From NCBI RefSeq assembly GCF_963921235.1, contig NC_086108.1, positions 113,586,001 to 113,650,000 on the forward strand: DNA of 64,000 nt, read 5' to 3'. The position numbers were made by a program, and so were the translations under genes. Source of the DNA: Mobula hypostoma. Taxonomy: Eukaryota. Of the stretch, positions 39,231 to 51,860 are shown one piece after another; position 1 is the first letter of the stretch, and the number at the start of each line of letters is the position of its first letter. The notes below the pieces were generated by a model, which was not told the origin of the DNA, searched no databases, and worked only from the letters and a program-made list of their open reading frames with translations.

Positions 39231-40549
39231 AGAAAGAAAAAGAAAGTCATGGACTTTAAATGTTCTTCACAAGGACCAGTCGACCATTGGGTATATTTAA
39301 AACAGAAGTTGGTAGGTTTCTAATTAGTCAGGGTGTCAAAGGTTATGGGGAGAAGGCAGGAGAATGGAGTTCATAGGGATAATTAATCAGTCATGTTAGA
39401 ATGGCAGAACAGACTCGTTAGGCCAAATGGACTAATTCTGCTCCAATGTTTTATGGTTTTACATCAAAAAGTTTTCAAATTACTGTGATTTTGAAAGCAC
39501 TGCCTGTTATGGAGTTGCAACTGTCCTTTTTAAAGTGAATTGGATGAAACTTTCAGTGGCAAACAATGAAGGGATGTGGGCTGTGGGGGAATGAGCTTAA
39601 CAATTAACGAGCTGTCTCTCAGCTGTTACTGCACTTTACAGAAATGTGAACCGTTATCACATACTGGAAATTCATGGTCAATTGGCTATGACTAAAGAAA
39701 CAAAATCTGATTCAAAGGAACTCTCCTTTAGGGCATATTAAACAGAACATAACTTTAGAAGAAAATATCAGGCACCATCATCACCATATTTAATGGTCTA
39801 AAACAATAGTAATTTGTGATTTTGTTCTCTCAGGGCTTGCACATTAAAATAGAGTGCACCATTTAAATATGATGAAATAATCTCTTAGCTCAGAGGCTAC
39901 TTTTGATGTGACTGATTAGGTTTCTGAATTCCTTATACAAAATGCTGGTTAAACCCAGCTGGTCAGGCAGCATCTATGAAAAGAAATAAAGGGTTGATAT
40001 TTTGGGCCAAGACTTGATGAGTCCCAATGAAGGGATCCAGCCCGAAAAGTCAACAATAATACATAAGAGCAGAATCAGGCTATTTCACCCATCGAGTCTG
40101 CTCTGCCATTCCATCAAGACTGATTTATTATCTCTCTCAACTCCATTCTCCTGACTTCTTCCTGTAACCTTTGAGCCATGACTAATCAAGAACCTATTAA
40201 CCTCATCTTTAAATATACTCAATGACTTGGCCTACACAGCCTTCTGTGGCAATGAATTTCACAGATTCAACACCCTTTGGCTAAAGGAATTCCTCCTCAC
40301 CTCTGTTCTAAATGGATGTCTTTCTATTCTGAGGCTGGGCTCTCTAGTCCTACAGTTCCCCACTACAGGAAATATCCTCTTCACATCCACTCTATCTAGG
40401 CCTTCAATATCTGAAGCATCGATTCTTTATTCCTCTCCATTGATACTACCTGACCTGCTTAGTTCCTCTGCATTTTGTGTGTGCTGCTCTGGATTTGAAG
40501 CATCTGCAAGATCTCGTGTTTATTTTTATATTCTCTGTTTGCATTTCAG

Positions 40550-40829
40550 ATCCTTCACACCAGTGTACAATCCAAAACCACTGAGAGGTGTGACCCCCTT
40601 ACACTATGTAGCTCAACGCAGACAGTCAGACATTCTGAAGACCTTACTACAGTATGGGATACTCGAGAGGGAGCACAGACCCATGTCCACAGTCCTCATC
40701 ATCCTCTTCTATCCAATACCTGTTGCAAAAGGCAACGACCTTCAGTACACAGAAAAAGTAGAGGAGGCAAAACAATGTCTTGTTTTATGCATTAGAGTGA
40801 TGCGTTGCATACATATCACAAAGATTAAG
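40550..40829 (+). CDS. ASB17: ASB17 coding exon 2 (ankyrin-like region)
   Basis: Acceptor ttctctgtttgcatttcag|A, donor AAG|GTAGGT. 280 bp, phase-compatible with exons 1 and 3. Peptide SFTPVYNPKPLRGVTPLHYVAQRRQSDILKTLLQYGILEREHRP matches ASB17. Confidence 0.93.
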
Positions 40830-41159
40830 GTAGGTTCACCCTTCAGCTGTGCAAGATGATCAAAGATGTGCTTACTATATGAATTATTTTAAGCGGTGCA
40901 ACAACCTTGTGCTTCAAAACCTCCACTTTATTCTAATTCTTCCTTCTCTATTTGCACCCAGGTGATTAACTTCTGAGCCAATGCGGTTCATCTGACAGCA
41001 ACCTGTAACATTGAAGCAGTTCTCAGCCTTGTTTTCATAATCCCACACTCTCTCATCACATTAGTCTCTCACAGAGCACTGTGATCGCTGTGATTATTTT
41101 GCTTTTTTGTTTCTGTCATAGAGTTACACAGCACAGAAAAAGGCCCTTTGCCCCAGCTC

Positions 41160-41862
41160 TAGACAATGAGTCAGTGGATGTTGTTCACTTGGATTTTTGG
41201 AAAGCCTTTGACAAAGTGCCAGGCATGAGGCTTCTGAACAAGACCCCATGTTATTACAGGAAAGCTACTTGCATGGAAAGAAGGTTGGCTGACTGGCAGG
41301 AGGCAAAGAGTGGGAGTAAAGGGAGTCTATTCTGGTTAGCTGCCAGTGGTGTTTCTCAGGGGTTAGTGTCAGGACCACTTTTTTTCACATTATATGTCAA
41401 TGATTTTGATGACAGATTTTTGACTTTGTGGCCAAGTTTGCATAGGCACAGGCAGGTAGTGTTAAGGAAACGGGGAGTATGCAAAAGGACTGAGACAGAT
41501 TGGAAGAATGGGCAGAGAATTGGCAGATAAAGAAAAATAGTGCAGGGAAGTGTTTGTAAAAGGAATAAAAGTGTAAACTATTTCTAAATGGAGAGAAAAT
41601 TCAAAAATCATTAGTGCAAAGAGACTTGGGAGTCCTCATGCAGGATTCCCTAGAGGTTAACTTGCAGGTTGAGTTGGTGGTGAGGAAAATAAGTGCAATG
41701 TTAGCATTCAATTCAAGAGGATTAAAATATAAAAGCAAGGATGTAACGCTTTGGTCAAATTGCAGTTGAGAGTATTGTGAGCAGTTTTGAACTCTTTCTG
41801 AGAAAGGTGTTAGAGTGGGTCAAGAGGAGGTTCAAAAGAACAACTCTGGGAATGAAAGGGTT
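41160..41862 (+). mobile_element. CR1 RT fragment, degraded
   Basis: VDVVHLDFWKAFDKV, SGVSQG motifs. Confidence 0.8.
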
Positions 41863-42309
41863 AAAGAAGTCCCAATTTGAGCGAATGCTGTGAAAATACT
41901 GCCCATACACAGTCATCAGTAGCCCAGAAATGACAGATCGTACACCAGCATTAAATTATATAGAAAGTCAAGATGGCAACAGCAAATTATTCCTCAGGTG
42001 ACATCTTCCAGATAGCAAATTTTTAAATTATTTCACTTTTTCTATGCCTTCTGGTTGTTCTTTTTGTATTGTTTGTGTTACGGAAACTGTTGGTGTATGT
42101 GATGTACCAGCTTGGATCTTTATCGAAGGATCCAGCACGGCTATGTCCGGGGAGCTGCCTCATAGAGATCAGAGATGAGAACCCAAAAAAGGACTGAGAA
42201 TGCAAGCTGATTCCTCAGAAAATGGGGTGAGGTCATGAATTACTCCATCTCGGAGTGACGAGGAAGATTGAAGCATTGAGATGAAGGCGTTCGGACCCAG
42301 TCAACAAAC

Positions 42310-43080
42310 TCTCCAGACGTAGGCCGCTGGGACGGCAGCATTCAGGCCCGGTCAGTGATCACTCCAGACGTAGGCCGCTGGGACGGCAGCGTTCAGGCCC
42401 CCTCAGTGATCACTCCAGACGTAGGCCGCTGGGACGGCAGCATTCAGGCCCGGTCAGTGATCACTCCAGACATAGGCCGCTGGGACGGCAGCATTCAGGA
42501 CCTGTCAGTGATCACTCCAGACGTAGGCCGCTGGGACGGCAGCATTCAGGACCTGTCAGTGATCACTCCAGACGTAGGCCGCTGGGACAGCAGCATTCAG
42601 GACCTGTCAGTGATCGTTCCAGATACAGGCCGCTGGGACGGCAGCATTCAGGCCTGGTCAGTGATCACTCCAGACGTAGGCCGCTGGGACGGCAGCGTTC
42701 AGGCCCCGTCAGTGATCACTCCAGACGTAGGCCGCTGGGACGGCAGCGTTTAGGCCCCGTCAGTGATCACTCCAGACGTAGGCCGCTGGGACGGCAGCGT
42801 TCAGGCCCCGTCAGTGATCACTCCAGACGTAGGCCGCTGGGACGGCAGCATTCAGGCCCGGTCAGTGATCACTCCAGACGTAGGCCGCTGGGACGGCAGC
42901 ATTCAGGTCCTGTCAGTGATCACTCCAGACGTAGGCCGCTGGGACGGCAGCATGCAGACCTGGTCAGTGATCGCTCCAGACGGAAGCTGTTGTGGCAACC
43001 GCATTTGGACCTGGTCAGCAATCGCTCCAGATGGAGGCCACTGGGACAACGGTGCTCAGACCCGGTCAGTGAATTGCTCC
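42310..43080 (+). repeat. 51-bp minisatellite, about 15 units
   Basis: Unit actccagacgtaggccgctgggacggcagc(a/g)ttcagg-nnnn-gtcagtgatc with exact 51-bp period; last two units degenerate. Confidence 0.97.
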
Positions 43081-45049
43081 CAATGGAGGTCAGAGGGTCT
43101 GTGATAGCTGCCAACAGAGGTCAGAGGGTCAGAGATTGCTCCCAACTGAGGCCACCGTTCAGACGAGGCTGAGTTCTGAGTCAAGGAAGGATGGTTTGAT
43201 GTGGTTTGACTGTGCTTTATATCGGTCTCCTTCAGTTTTTCAGTGTTTTCTTTCTTGTGGCCAATTAGCAGGTGGGTGATCAGTGAGTTCTTTGTGTGTC
43301 CATGGGGGGCTGGGGTACTTGATGGTACCGTTGCTGTTCTTTTTTTGCAAGTGAGGAGTTGGTCACTGTCTTTTTCTGGGGGAGTCAGGTTTGGGATGTG
43401 TTGCTAATTGTCACTGTCTTTTTTTTTCTGTGAATGAGGAGATTGGGAATTGTATTGTTGCTGTTATATTTACCAAATTTCAACTTTAACAAAGTTACAA
43501 AAAAACGAAAACTAAAAGGACCCATTACAGTTAAACCAGTCCAACGTGCACATAACGTTGGAGTTCATATTGGAGTGGACCCACAGTCTTCATGAAAGCA
43601 TCCACCACATACCAAACTCCCCTTGAAAACCATCTCAAACGAACTGCTCTCTCAGCATTGGCCTTTCCTCCTAGGAGCCATTCATCTGCACAAAGCACTT
43701 CTTGCAACAGGGACTCTCCTTACAACGGCATTCTGCAACATCTTCCTTTGTGCCCCGCTTCACAGCTCCCGCCAAAAGGACCCCAAACCAGACTGCCGTC
43801 CTTCAGAAAACTCTTCCCCACAGGTCTCTAGAACCTTCTCTCACATCCCACAATCCTGATTGACTGCCTCACATTCCTAAATTGGACAACATTGGTCATT
43901 ATCTTAGCCAAAGCCAAAGCACACTTTCCATCATGGCATACGGCTTTTACAGAAAACTGCTAATATAAACTACCTCACAGCTAGGAGCAGAAATCTTAAG
44001 CAGGGTATTACACTCTTCCCCCCACCAAAAATAGTCACATCCTCATGATTTTGGGTCTTATTAAACCATTATTAATGACACAGTTTTGAAAATAATTTCA
44101 TGATTTCAGGACCCCCAAAACATTTGTAAATGGAAGTAACGTATTTCACTATTGGGATAGGTGAAACACTCTTCTCTGACTTCGAGACCTTCTTATCTCA
44201 TCATCAGTTTCTTCAACCTCAGGCACTTCTTAAGTCTACTAAAGGATGCCTACCCCTGACTATCACTCATACTTTCCAGCAGCTTAGGCCCCCCATCACA
44301 TGACTGAAGTTAACTTCCTTCACTTTAAGCAGGTGCTCCGGAACATCTTAGAAACACAGAAACATAGAAAATAGGTGCTGGAGTAGGCCATTCGGCCCTT
44401 CGAGCCTGCACCGCCATTCAGTATGATCATGGCTGATCATCCAACTCAGAGCCCTGTACCAGCCTTCCCCCCATACTCCCGATCCCTTTAGCCACAAGGG
44501 CCATCTTCAACCTCTGCTGGTGCTAACCAGCGAGACCTCTTTCGGAAAAGTGTGTCCTCTGTCACCCTAATAGTGTAGCAAGTACTCTTGGTGCAACCGA
44601 CATCAAACCCGTCAGAAAAAAAGATATCTTCACGTTCCAACATTTTCTCAGTTAATCTCCTTTTCCATTCCTTGGGTATCAGTGAGTCACCGAATGTATG
44701 ACTTTGGGTGAACTTCCTCGATCCAGGAGACTGTTTCTCTTCTGTTTTACCCATTAAATTAGACTGTCACAGGGAAAAGATGGGCAATTAGAATTACGCA
44801 CCTGAGGGTAACATCTCTTCCAGAGTGTTCCTGACAATCACTGTCATCCTGTTTGCGTTGACAGCTGAAGAGTTCTGCAGTTTAGGTCTCACCAGCATTG
44901 CTGTAGGTAAGCATCACTCTTCTTCCTGATCATCAGGAGCATCCACCTGGATGGCCGAGGCATTGGGCATTCTGGCGAATTTGGGGGTTCTTGTCACCTT
45001 AGCCACTCTTCCAGGATGTAACATGATGAGACGGAGGAAGTCTCACAAA

Positions 45050-48000
45050 TAGAGGAAGATTCTAGGCAGTGTGAGAGGGAGAATAGGCAGGTGATAGAGA
45101 AGGGATGCACTCAGATTGATGGTTTGACATATGTCAATTTTAATACAATAAGCATCATGAGCAAAGCGGATGAGCTTAGAGAGTGGATCAGTACTGTACT
45201 TGGAGCTATGATGTTGTGGCCATTACAGAGACTTGGATGGATCAGGGGCAGGAATGGTCACATAGTGTCAGGCTTTAGATGTTTCAGAAAGGACAGGGAG
45301 GGAGGCAAAAGACGTGGGGGCATGGTACTGTTGATCAGAGATAGTGTCATGGCTGCAGAAAAGGAGGAAGTCATGGAGGGATTGTCTACTGAATCTCTGT
45401 GGGTGGAAGTTAGGAACAGGAAGGGTCAATAACTACTGGGTGTTTTTTATAGATCTTCCAGTAGTAACAGGGACAGCGAGGAGCAGATAGGGAGACAGAT
45501 TCTGGAAAGGTGTAATAATAACAGGGTTGTTGTGGTGGGAGATTTTAATTTCCCAAATATTGACTGGCATCTTCCTAGAGCAAGGGGGTTAGATGGGGTG
45601 GAGTTTGTTAGGTGTGTTCAGTAAAGTTTCCTGACACAATATTAGATTAGATTAGATTCAACTTTATTGTCATTGTGCCGAGTACAGATACAAAGCCAAT
45701 GAAATGCAGTTAGCATCTAACCAGAAATGCAAAGAATAGTGTTATTTACAAAATAACTGTGAATAAAAAGTGCTACAGCACACAAATATAAACGTACTGA
45801 GACAATACAATATGGGTGCAATACTGCTTAGCGCTGCGATGTGAGGTTCAGCAGGGTCACAGCCTCAGGGAAGAAGCTCTTCCTGTGCCTACTGTTGTGG
45901 GACTGGAGGCTCCTGTAGCGCCTACCAGATGGGAGGAGAGTAAAAAGTCCATGGTCACGGTGAGGTGCATCCTTGGTAATACTTTTCACCCTGCCCAGGC
46001 AGCGTTTATGGTAGATGTTCTCAATGGTAGGCAATTGGGTGCCGATAATCCACTGGGCAGTTTTCACTACGTGCTGGATTGCTTTGTGATCTGATACAAG
46101 ACAATTGCCATACCACACTGAGATGCACATGGTGAGTATGCTCTCAATGGTACAGCGGTAAAAGTCCGTCAGTATCCTGGGACAGAGGTGAGCTTTCTTG
46201 ATGCTCTGCAGGAAATAAAGGCGCTGTTGCGCCTTTTTGATCAGGATGGAGGAGTTCAGGGACCAGGTGAGATCCTCAGAAATGTGGACACCAAGGAATT
46301 TGAAGCTTGATACACGCTTGATAGCCTTATGTAGATAAGGCTACAAGAGGAGAGGCTGTTCTTGATCTCGTTTTGGGAAATGAACCTGGTCAGGTGTCAG
46401 GTCTCTCAGTGGGAGAGCATTTTGGAGATAGTGATCATAATTCTATTTCCTTTATCATAGAATTGGAGGGATAGGAACAGACAAGTTAGGAAAGCATTTA
46501 ATTGGAATAAGGGGAAATATGAGGCTATCAGGCAGGAGCTTGGAAGCATAACTTGGAAACAAATATTCTCAAGGAAATGTTTGGAAGAAATGTGGCAAAT
46601 ATTCAGGGGATATCTATGTGGTGTTCTGCATAGGTACGTTCAAAAGAGACGGAAAGGGTGGTAGGGTACAGGAACCGTGGTGTACACAGGCTGTTGAAAA
46701 TTTAGTCAAGAAGGAAAGAAAAGCTTACGAAAGGTTCAAAAAACTGGGTAATGATAGAGATCTAAAAGATTATAAGGCTAGCAGGAAGGAGCTTAAGAAT
46801 GAAATTAGGGCAGCCAGAAGGGGCCATGAGAAAGCCTTGGCGAGCAGGATTAAGGAAAACCCCCAAGGCATTCTACAAATATGTGAATAGCAAGAGGATG
46901 AGACGTGAGAGGATAGGACCAATCAAGTGTGACAGTGGAAAAGTGTGTATGGAACTGGAGGAGATAGCTGAGGTACTTAATGAATACTTTGCTTCAGTAT
47001 TCAGTATAGAAAAGGACCTTGGCAATTGTAGGGATGACTTACTGCAGACTGAAAAGCTTGAGCACATGGACGTTAAGAAAGAGGATGTGCTGGAGCTTTT
47101 GGAAAGCATCATGTTGGATAAGTCACCGGGACCGGAGGAGATATACCCCAGGCTACTGTGGGAGGTGAGGGAGCAGATTGCTGAGCCTCTGGCAATGACC
47201 TTTACATCATTAATGGGGATGGGGGAGGTTCCGGAGGATTGAAGGGTTGCAGATGTTGTTCCATTATTCACGAAAGGGAGTAGAGATAGCCCAGGAAATT
47301 ATAGACCAATGAGTCTTACTTCAGTGGTTGGTAAGTTGATGGAGAAGATCCTGAGAGGCAGGATTTATGAACATTTGGAGAGGTATAATATGATTAGGAA
47401 TAGTCAGCATGGCTTTGTCAAAGGCAGGTTGTGCCTTACAAGCCTGATTGAATTTTTTGAGGATGTGACTAAACACGTTGACGAAGGTATAGCAGTAGAT
47501 GTAGTGTATATAGATTATAGCAAGGCATTTGATAAGGTATCCCATGCAAGGCTTATTGAGAAAGTAAGGAGGCATGGAATCCGAGGGGACCTTACATTGT
47601 GGATCCAGAATTGGCTTGCCCACAGAAGACAAAGAGTGGTTGTCGATGGGTCATATTCTGCATGGAGGTTAGTGACCAGTGGTGTGCCTCAGAGATCTGT
47701 TCTGGGACCCCTTCTTTTCGTGATTTTTATAAATGATCTGGATGAGGAAGTGGAGGGATGGTTAGTAAATTTCGTGATGACACAAAGGTTGGGGGTGTTG
47801 TGGATAGTGTGAAAGGCTGTCAGAGGTTACAGCGGGACATTGATAGGATGCAAAACTGGGCTGAGAAGTGGCAGATGGAGTTCAACCCAGATAAGTGGGA
47901 GGTGGTTCATTTTGGTAAGTCAAATATCATGGCAGAATATAGTATTAATTGTAAGACTCTTGGCAGCGCAGAGGATCAAAGGAATTTGGGGTCTGAGTCC

Positions 48001-48655
48001 ATAGGACACTCAAAGCTGTTGTGCAGCTAGACTGTGTGGTTAAGAAGCCATACAGTGCACTGGCCTTCATCAATCATGGGATTGAGTTTAAGAGCCGAGA
48101 AGTAATGTTACAGCTGTACAGGACCCTGGTCAGACCCCATTTGGAGTACTGTGCTCAGTTCTGGTCACATCACTACAGGAAGGATGTGGAAACTATAGAA
48201 AGGGTGCAGAGAAGATTTACAAGGATGTTGCCTGGATTGGGGAGCATGCCCTATGAGAATAGGTCGAGTGAACTTGGCCTTTTCTGCTTGGAGCGACAGA
48301 GGATGAGAGGTGATGAGAGGCATTGATCACCTGGAAAGTCAGAGGCTTTTTCCCAGGGCTGAAATAGCTAACACAAGAGGGCACATTTTTAAGGTACTTG
48401 GAAGTAGGTACAGAGGAGATGTCAGGGGCAAGTTTTTTTTACACAGAGGATGCTGAGTGCATGCAATGGGCTGCCGGTAATGGTGGTGGATGTGGATACG
48501 ATAGGAAGTTTCAAGAGACTCCTGGACAGGTACATGAAGCTTAGAAAAATAGAGGGCTATGGGTAACCCTAGGTAATTTCTAAAATAAGTACATGTTTGG
48601 CATGTCATCGTGGGCCGAAGTGCTTGTATTGTGCGTAGGTTTTCTATGTTTCTAT
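45050..48655 (+). mobile_element. CR1 LINE ORF2, degraded, inserted in the Gypsy and interrupted by a Rex1 fragment
   Basis: EN and RT motifs across ORFs 45091-48326; ttctatgtttctatg tail. Confidence 0.9.
45641..46325 (-). mobile_element. Rex1-like LINE 3' fragment with (AATCT)n tail
   Basis: LLPSGRRYRSL..KSFFP peptide; attagattagattagatt at 45641. Confidence 0.85.
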
Positions 48656-49339
48656 GACAGGTTAGACTTGGTGTACCACACAGTTCCTCGTTCTGCTCAT
48701 CATCCTGCTTAGGATGAACTTGGACCTCCTCAAAAGCAGCTCTGAATACAGGGTGAATGGACAAGGTTTTCAAAAGGTTCTCTCCATTTCTCTCGTTGCA
48801 TACTCCCACAAGTCTTCTCACAATGGCAGTATTTGTTCCCACAAGAATGAAAGCTTCATCCTTTTCAACTACATCCAGGCAGACCAACACCATTGACAGT
48901 AGTCTCCATTACTACCAACATCTGCTTCCAAAAACTCCAGTTTCAACCAGTAACTACTGTACCAGTACTCATCAATATTAAGCCACCAAATCCCAAGGGC
49001 ACTGAGTGGCATCAATGGTAACCACATTAAATACCAGTTCTAAAAGGAATCTGTAAAGCAAAGTAACTTGAGGACCTGTGTCAAGTATAACTCTTGCATG
49101 AACACTTTCAATCCATATGAATACGTCAGAGTTTGGTCTCTCTAAACTTTAAGGAATAGTGTTTTGCACTTTACTATTTCCCTCGATACACTGATTGGAA
49201 CGTATCCTCACCAGCCCATTCCTTTACTGGATCCCTCTGTAATTTTGCCTCTTTTCTCTGTTTGATTAACCGCTGACTTACTTTTTGAAGATTTTCCTCT
49301 CCCTCACAGTCTTGCTTGAAATGTCCATTTTCTCCATGG

Positions 49340-49650
49340 GTAGGCATCCGTTAGTCTTGCAAAGACCATGGATCTATGGCTGGAAAGTCTTCACTTTCCA
49401 GGGCGCAGGCCTGGGCAAGGTTGTATGGAAGGACAGCAGTTGCCTATGCTGCAAGTCTCCCCTCTCCACGACACCAATGTTGCCCAAGGGAAGGGCATTA
49501 GGACCCATACAACTTGGTGCCAGTGTCATCGCACAGCAATGTGTGATTAAGTGCCTTGCTCAAGGACACAACACGGTGCCTCAGCTGGGGCTGGAACTCA
49601 CGACCTTCAGGTCGCTAGTCCAATGCCTTAAGCACTTGGCCACGTGCCCA
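49340..49650 (-). mobile_element. tRNA-derived SINE with an RTE-like 3' tail
   Basis: Minus strand shows A-box tggccaagtg and B-box gagttccagcc; 3' end ccatggtc..gactaacggatgcc; splits the Gypsy zinc knuckle. Confidence 0.75.
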
Positions 49651-50915
49651 CAATTGTAACAGAAAATACAGGTTGCCTCTCTACTCAAGAGACCCTTTTC
49701 AACAGCACTTCTCTGCATCTTAATTCCTATAGGTGGGTTGGGTTTCCCAACAGACGTGTCACATTTAGCTGAAACATTAGCAGACATCCATCGATTCAGC
49801 TCAACTCGAAGGTTTTTCACCTCATTCCTCAAAAGCTCTATCTCCCTGGCAGCAGAGGCTATCATTGAAGACACTACTTGGCTTTTGGAAATATTCCGGA
49901 GCTCAATTATGTTTTCCTTCTCTCTTAACTTCTCTGAGTAACTCAGTAAAAGATAGTGCAGGGCACATCTTGCGGGTCATTTGAATTCGTAGAGCAATCA
50001 CGTCATGTGACAGCGTTTCCTTCTCCTTCCTCCAGCAATTTCTCTCCTTCCTCCTGGGATTTGTGCCTAAGATCGGCTGCATTTTCAGCAATGCCAAAAG
50101 CATCTTCTAGAGCTTGCAAGTAATTAGCTGACATGGTGAATGAGTTTTCTGCCTTTAGGAACTTCACTATATCAGCCACTGGACCCTTTAAACTCTCTAC
50201 CAGTCTGTTTTTCTCATTTTTTCTGAGCACTGCCACTCATCCAGTAACTGAGATGTCTGCTCCACCCAAGTCTCATATTCTTCTTCTCCATTGGGTGTGA
50301 GCTGGACTCCAGAGAACACTCCCAGTGTATGATAACACTTTTAAGAACTCAGCACTCTCAGTAGCAGTTCATTGGGAAGTCAGACATCCACTCCACTCAG
50401 AACACAAATATTACTTATGGATATCTTTTTTGAGTTGCACTAAAGCTAAAGAACCTTATTTATGACACACCTCATTTTCCACCAACACTAGTTTAAACAC
50501 TAGCTTAAGCACACAAATAAACTACTTAATAAATCCTTAAACAGCATTCCTGAAACTCAAACGGGCACCCATCAAATACAACCCCCTCACTGGGGCTTGT
50601 ATATAGACTTGCCTCATTAGCTAACTCTGCTAACAGTCACGTGACTCAGCAGTGAGGCCACCTTTCATAAACAATACATCTCGGGTCAGTATGATTTTGG
50701 ATTCAACCAAACAGGAATGTCATAATGTTTCAATTAAAGAAACCTTGATTTGAGCAATGCTGTGTAAATACTGCCCATTTACAGTTATTGGTAGCCCAGG
50801 ATGACAGATTCTTTATAAAATTATAAGGAAAGTGTATTTACCAAATTTCAACTTTAACTAACAGTTCCAGAAAAAGAAAGATAAAATGGTCCATTACAGT
50901 TAAACCAGTCCAATC

Positions 50916-51860
50916 TACAAAAAAGGGAGAAAGGCAAAAGGAAGGAAACTATGGGCCAGTTAGTCTGACCTCAGTGGCTAGGAAGATGTTGGAGTCGATT
51001 GTTAAGGATGAGGTCTCAGGGTACTAGGATGCACATGATAAACTAGGCCATACTCAGCATTTCCTCAAGGAAAAATCTTGCAGGACAAATCTGTTGGAAT
51101 TCTTTGAAGAAGTAACAACCAAGATAGACAAAGGAAAATCAGTTGATGATGTGCACTTGGATTTTTAGAAGGCCTTTGACAAGGTGGCAGAAGTGAGGCT
51201 GCTTAACAAGCTATGAGCCCATAGTTTTACAGAAAATATTCTAGCATGGATAAAGCAGTGGCTGATTGGCAGGAGGCAAAGAAGGGGAATAAAGGGAGCC
51301 TTTTCTGGCTGGTTGGCTGCCAGTGACTAGTGGTGTTCCACAGGGTTCGGTGTTGCAACCAATACTTTTTACGTATATGTCAATGATTTGGATGGCTTTG
51401 TTGAGAAGTTTCCAGATGATATGAAGATAGGTAGTTTTGTGGAAGTAGGGAGGCTACCGAAGGAATTAGACAGTTTAGGGGAATGGGCAAAGAAATGACA
51501 GATGGAATACTGTGTCCGGAAGTGTATGGTCATGCACTTTGGAAGAAGAAATGAAAAGACTGACTATTTTCCAAATAGAAAGAAAATCCATAAAATCTGA
51601 GGTGCAAAAGGACTTGGGAGTCCTCGTGTAGGATTCCCTAAAGGTTAATTTGCAAGTTGAGTCTCTGGTGAGGAAGGTAAATTCAATGTTAGCATTTCAT
51701 TTCAAGAGAACTAGAATATAAAAGCAAGATATAATGCTGAAACTTTACAAAGAACTGGTGAGGCCTCACTTGGAGAATTGTGAGCAGGTTTGAGCCCCTT
51801 ATCGTAGAAAGCACGTGCTGACGCTGGAGAGGGTTCGAAGGAGATTCACAAAAATAATAC
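50916..51860 (+). mobile_element. CR1 RT fragment, degraded
   Basis: Colinear with 6330-7290; many stops. Confidence 0.85.

Larger units (their letters stand above)
41863..50915 (-). mobile_element. Gypsy LTR retrotransposon with PNMA-like gag, degraded and heavily nested (3' LTR about 44012-41863; 5' LTR remnant about 50915-50720)
   Basis: Matching LTR segments 41863-41968 plus 43466-43545 versus 50735-50915; minus-strand PPT ggtggggggaagag followed by TGT at 44012; gag RLVESLKGPVADIV..YLQALEDAFG; CCHC knuckle; protease-like LDTGPQV near 49080; RT start at 44490-44750. Confidence 0.8.

Noticed and set aside
42310..43080. Possible CRISPR-like array or repeat-protein gene
   Set aside because: There are no unique spacers (the variable part differs by only a few bases) and no cas genes, and the context is eukaryotic. 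The ORFs start at GTG and contain an internal stop.
49570..49650. tRNA gene
   Set aside because: It has A/B-box-like motifs but no complete cloverleaf, and it continues into a SINE body and tail.
49581..50330. Domesticated PNMA-like gene
   Set aside because: The gag is frameshifted, SINE-interrupted and embedded in a decayed LTR element.
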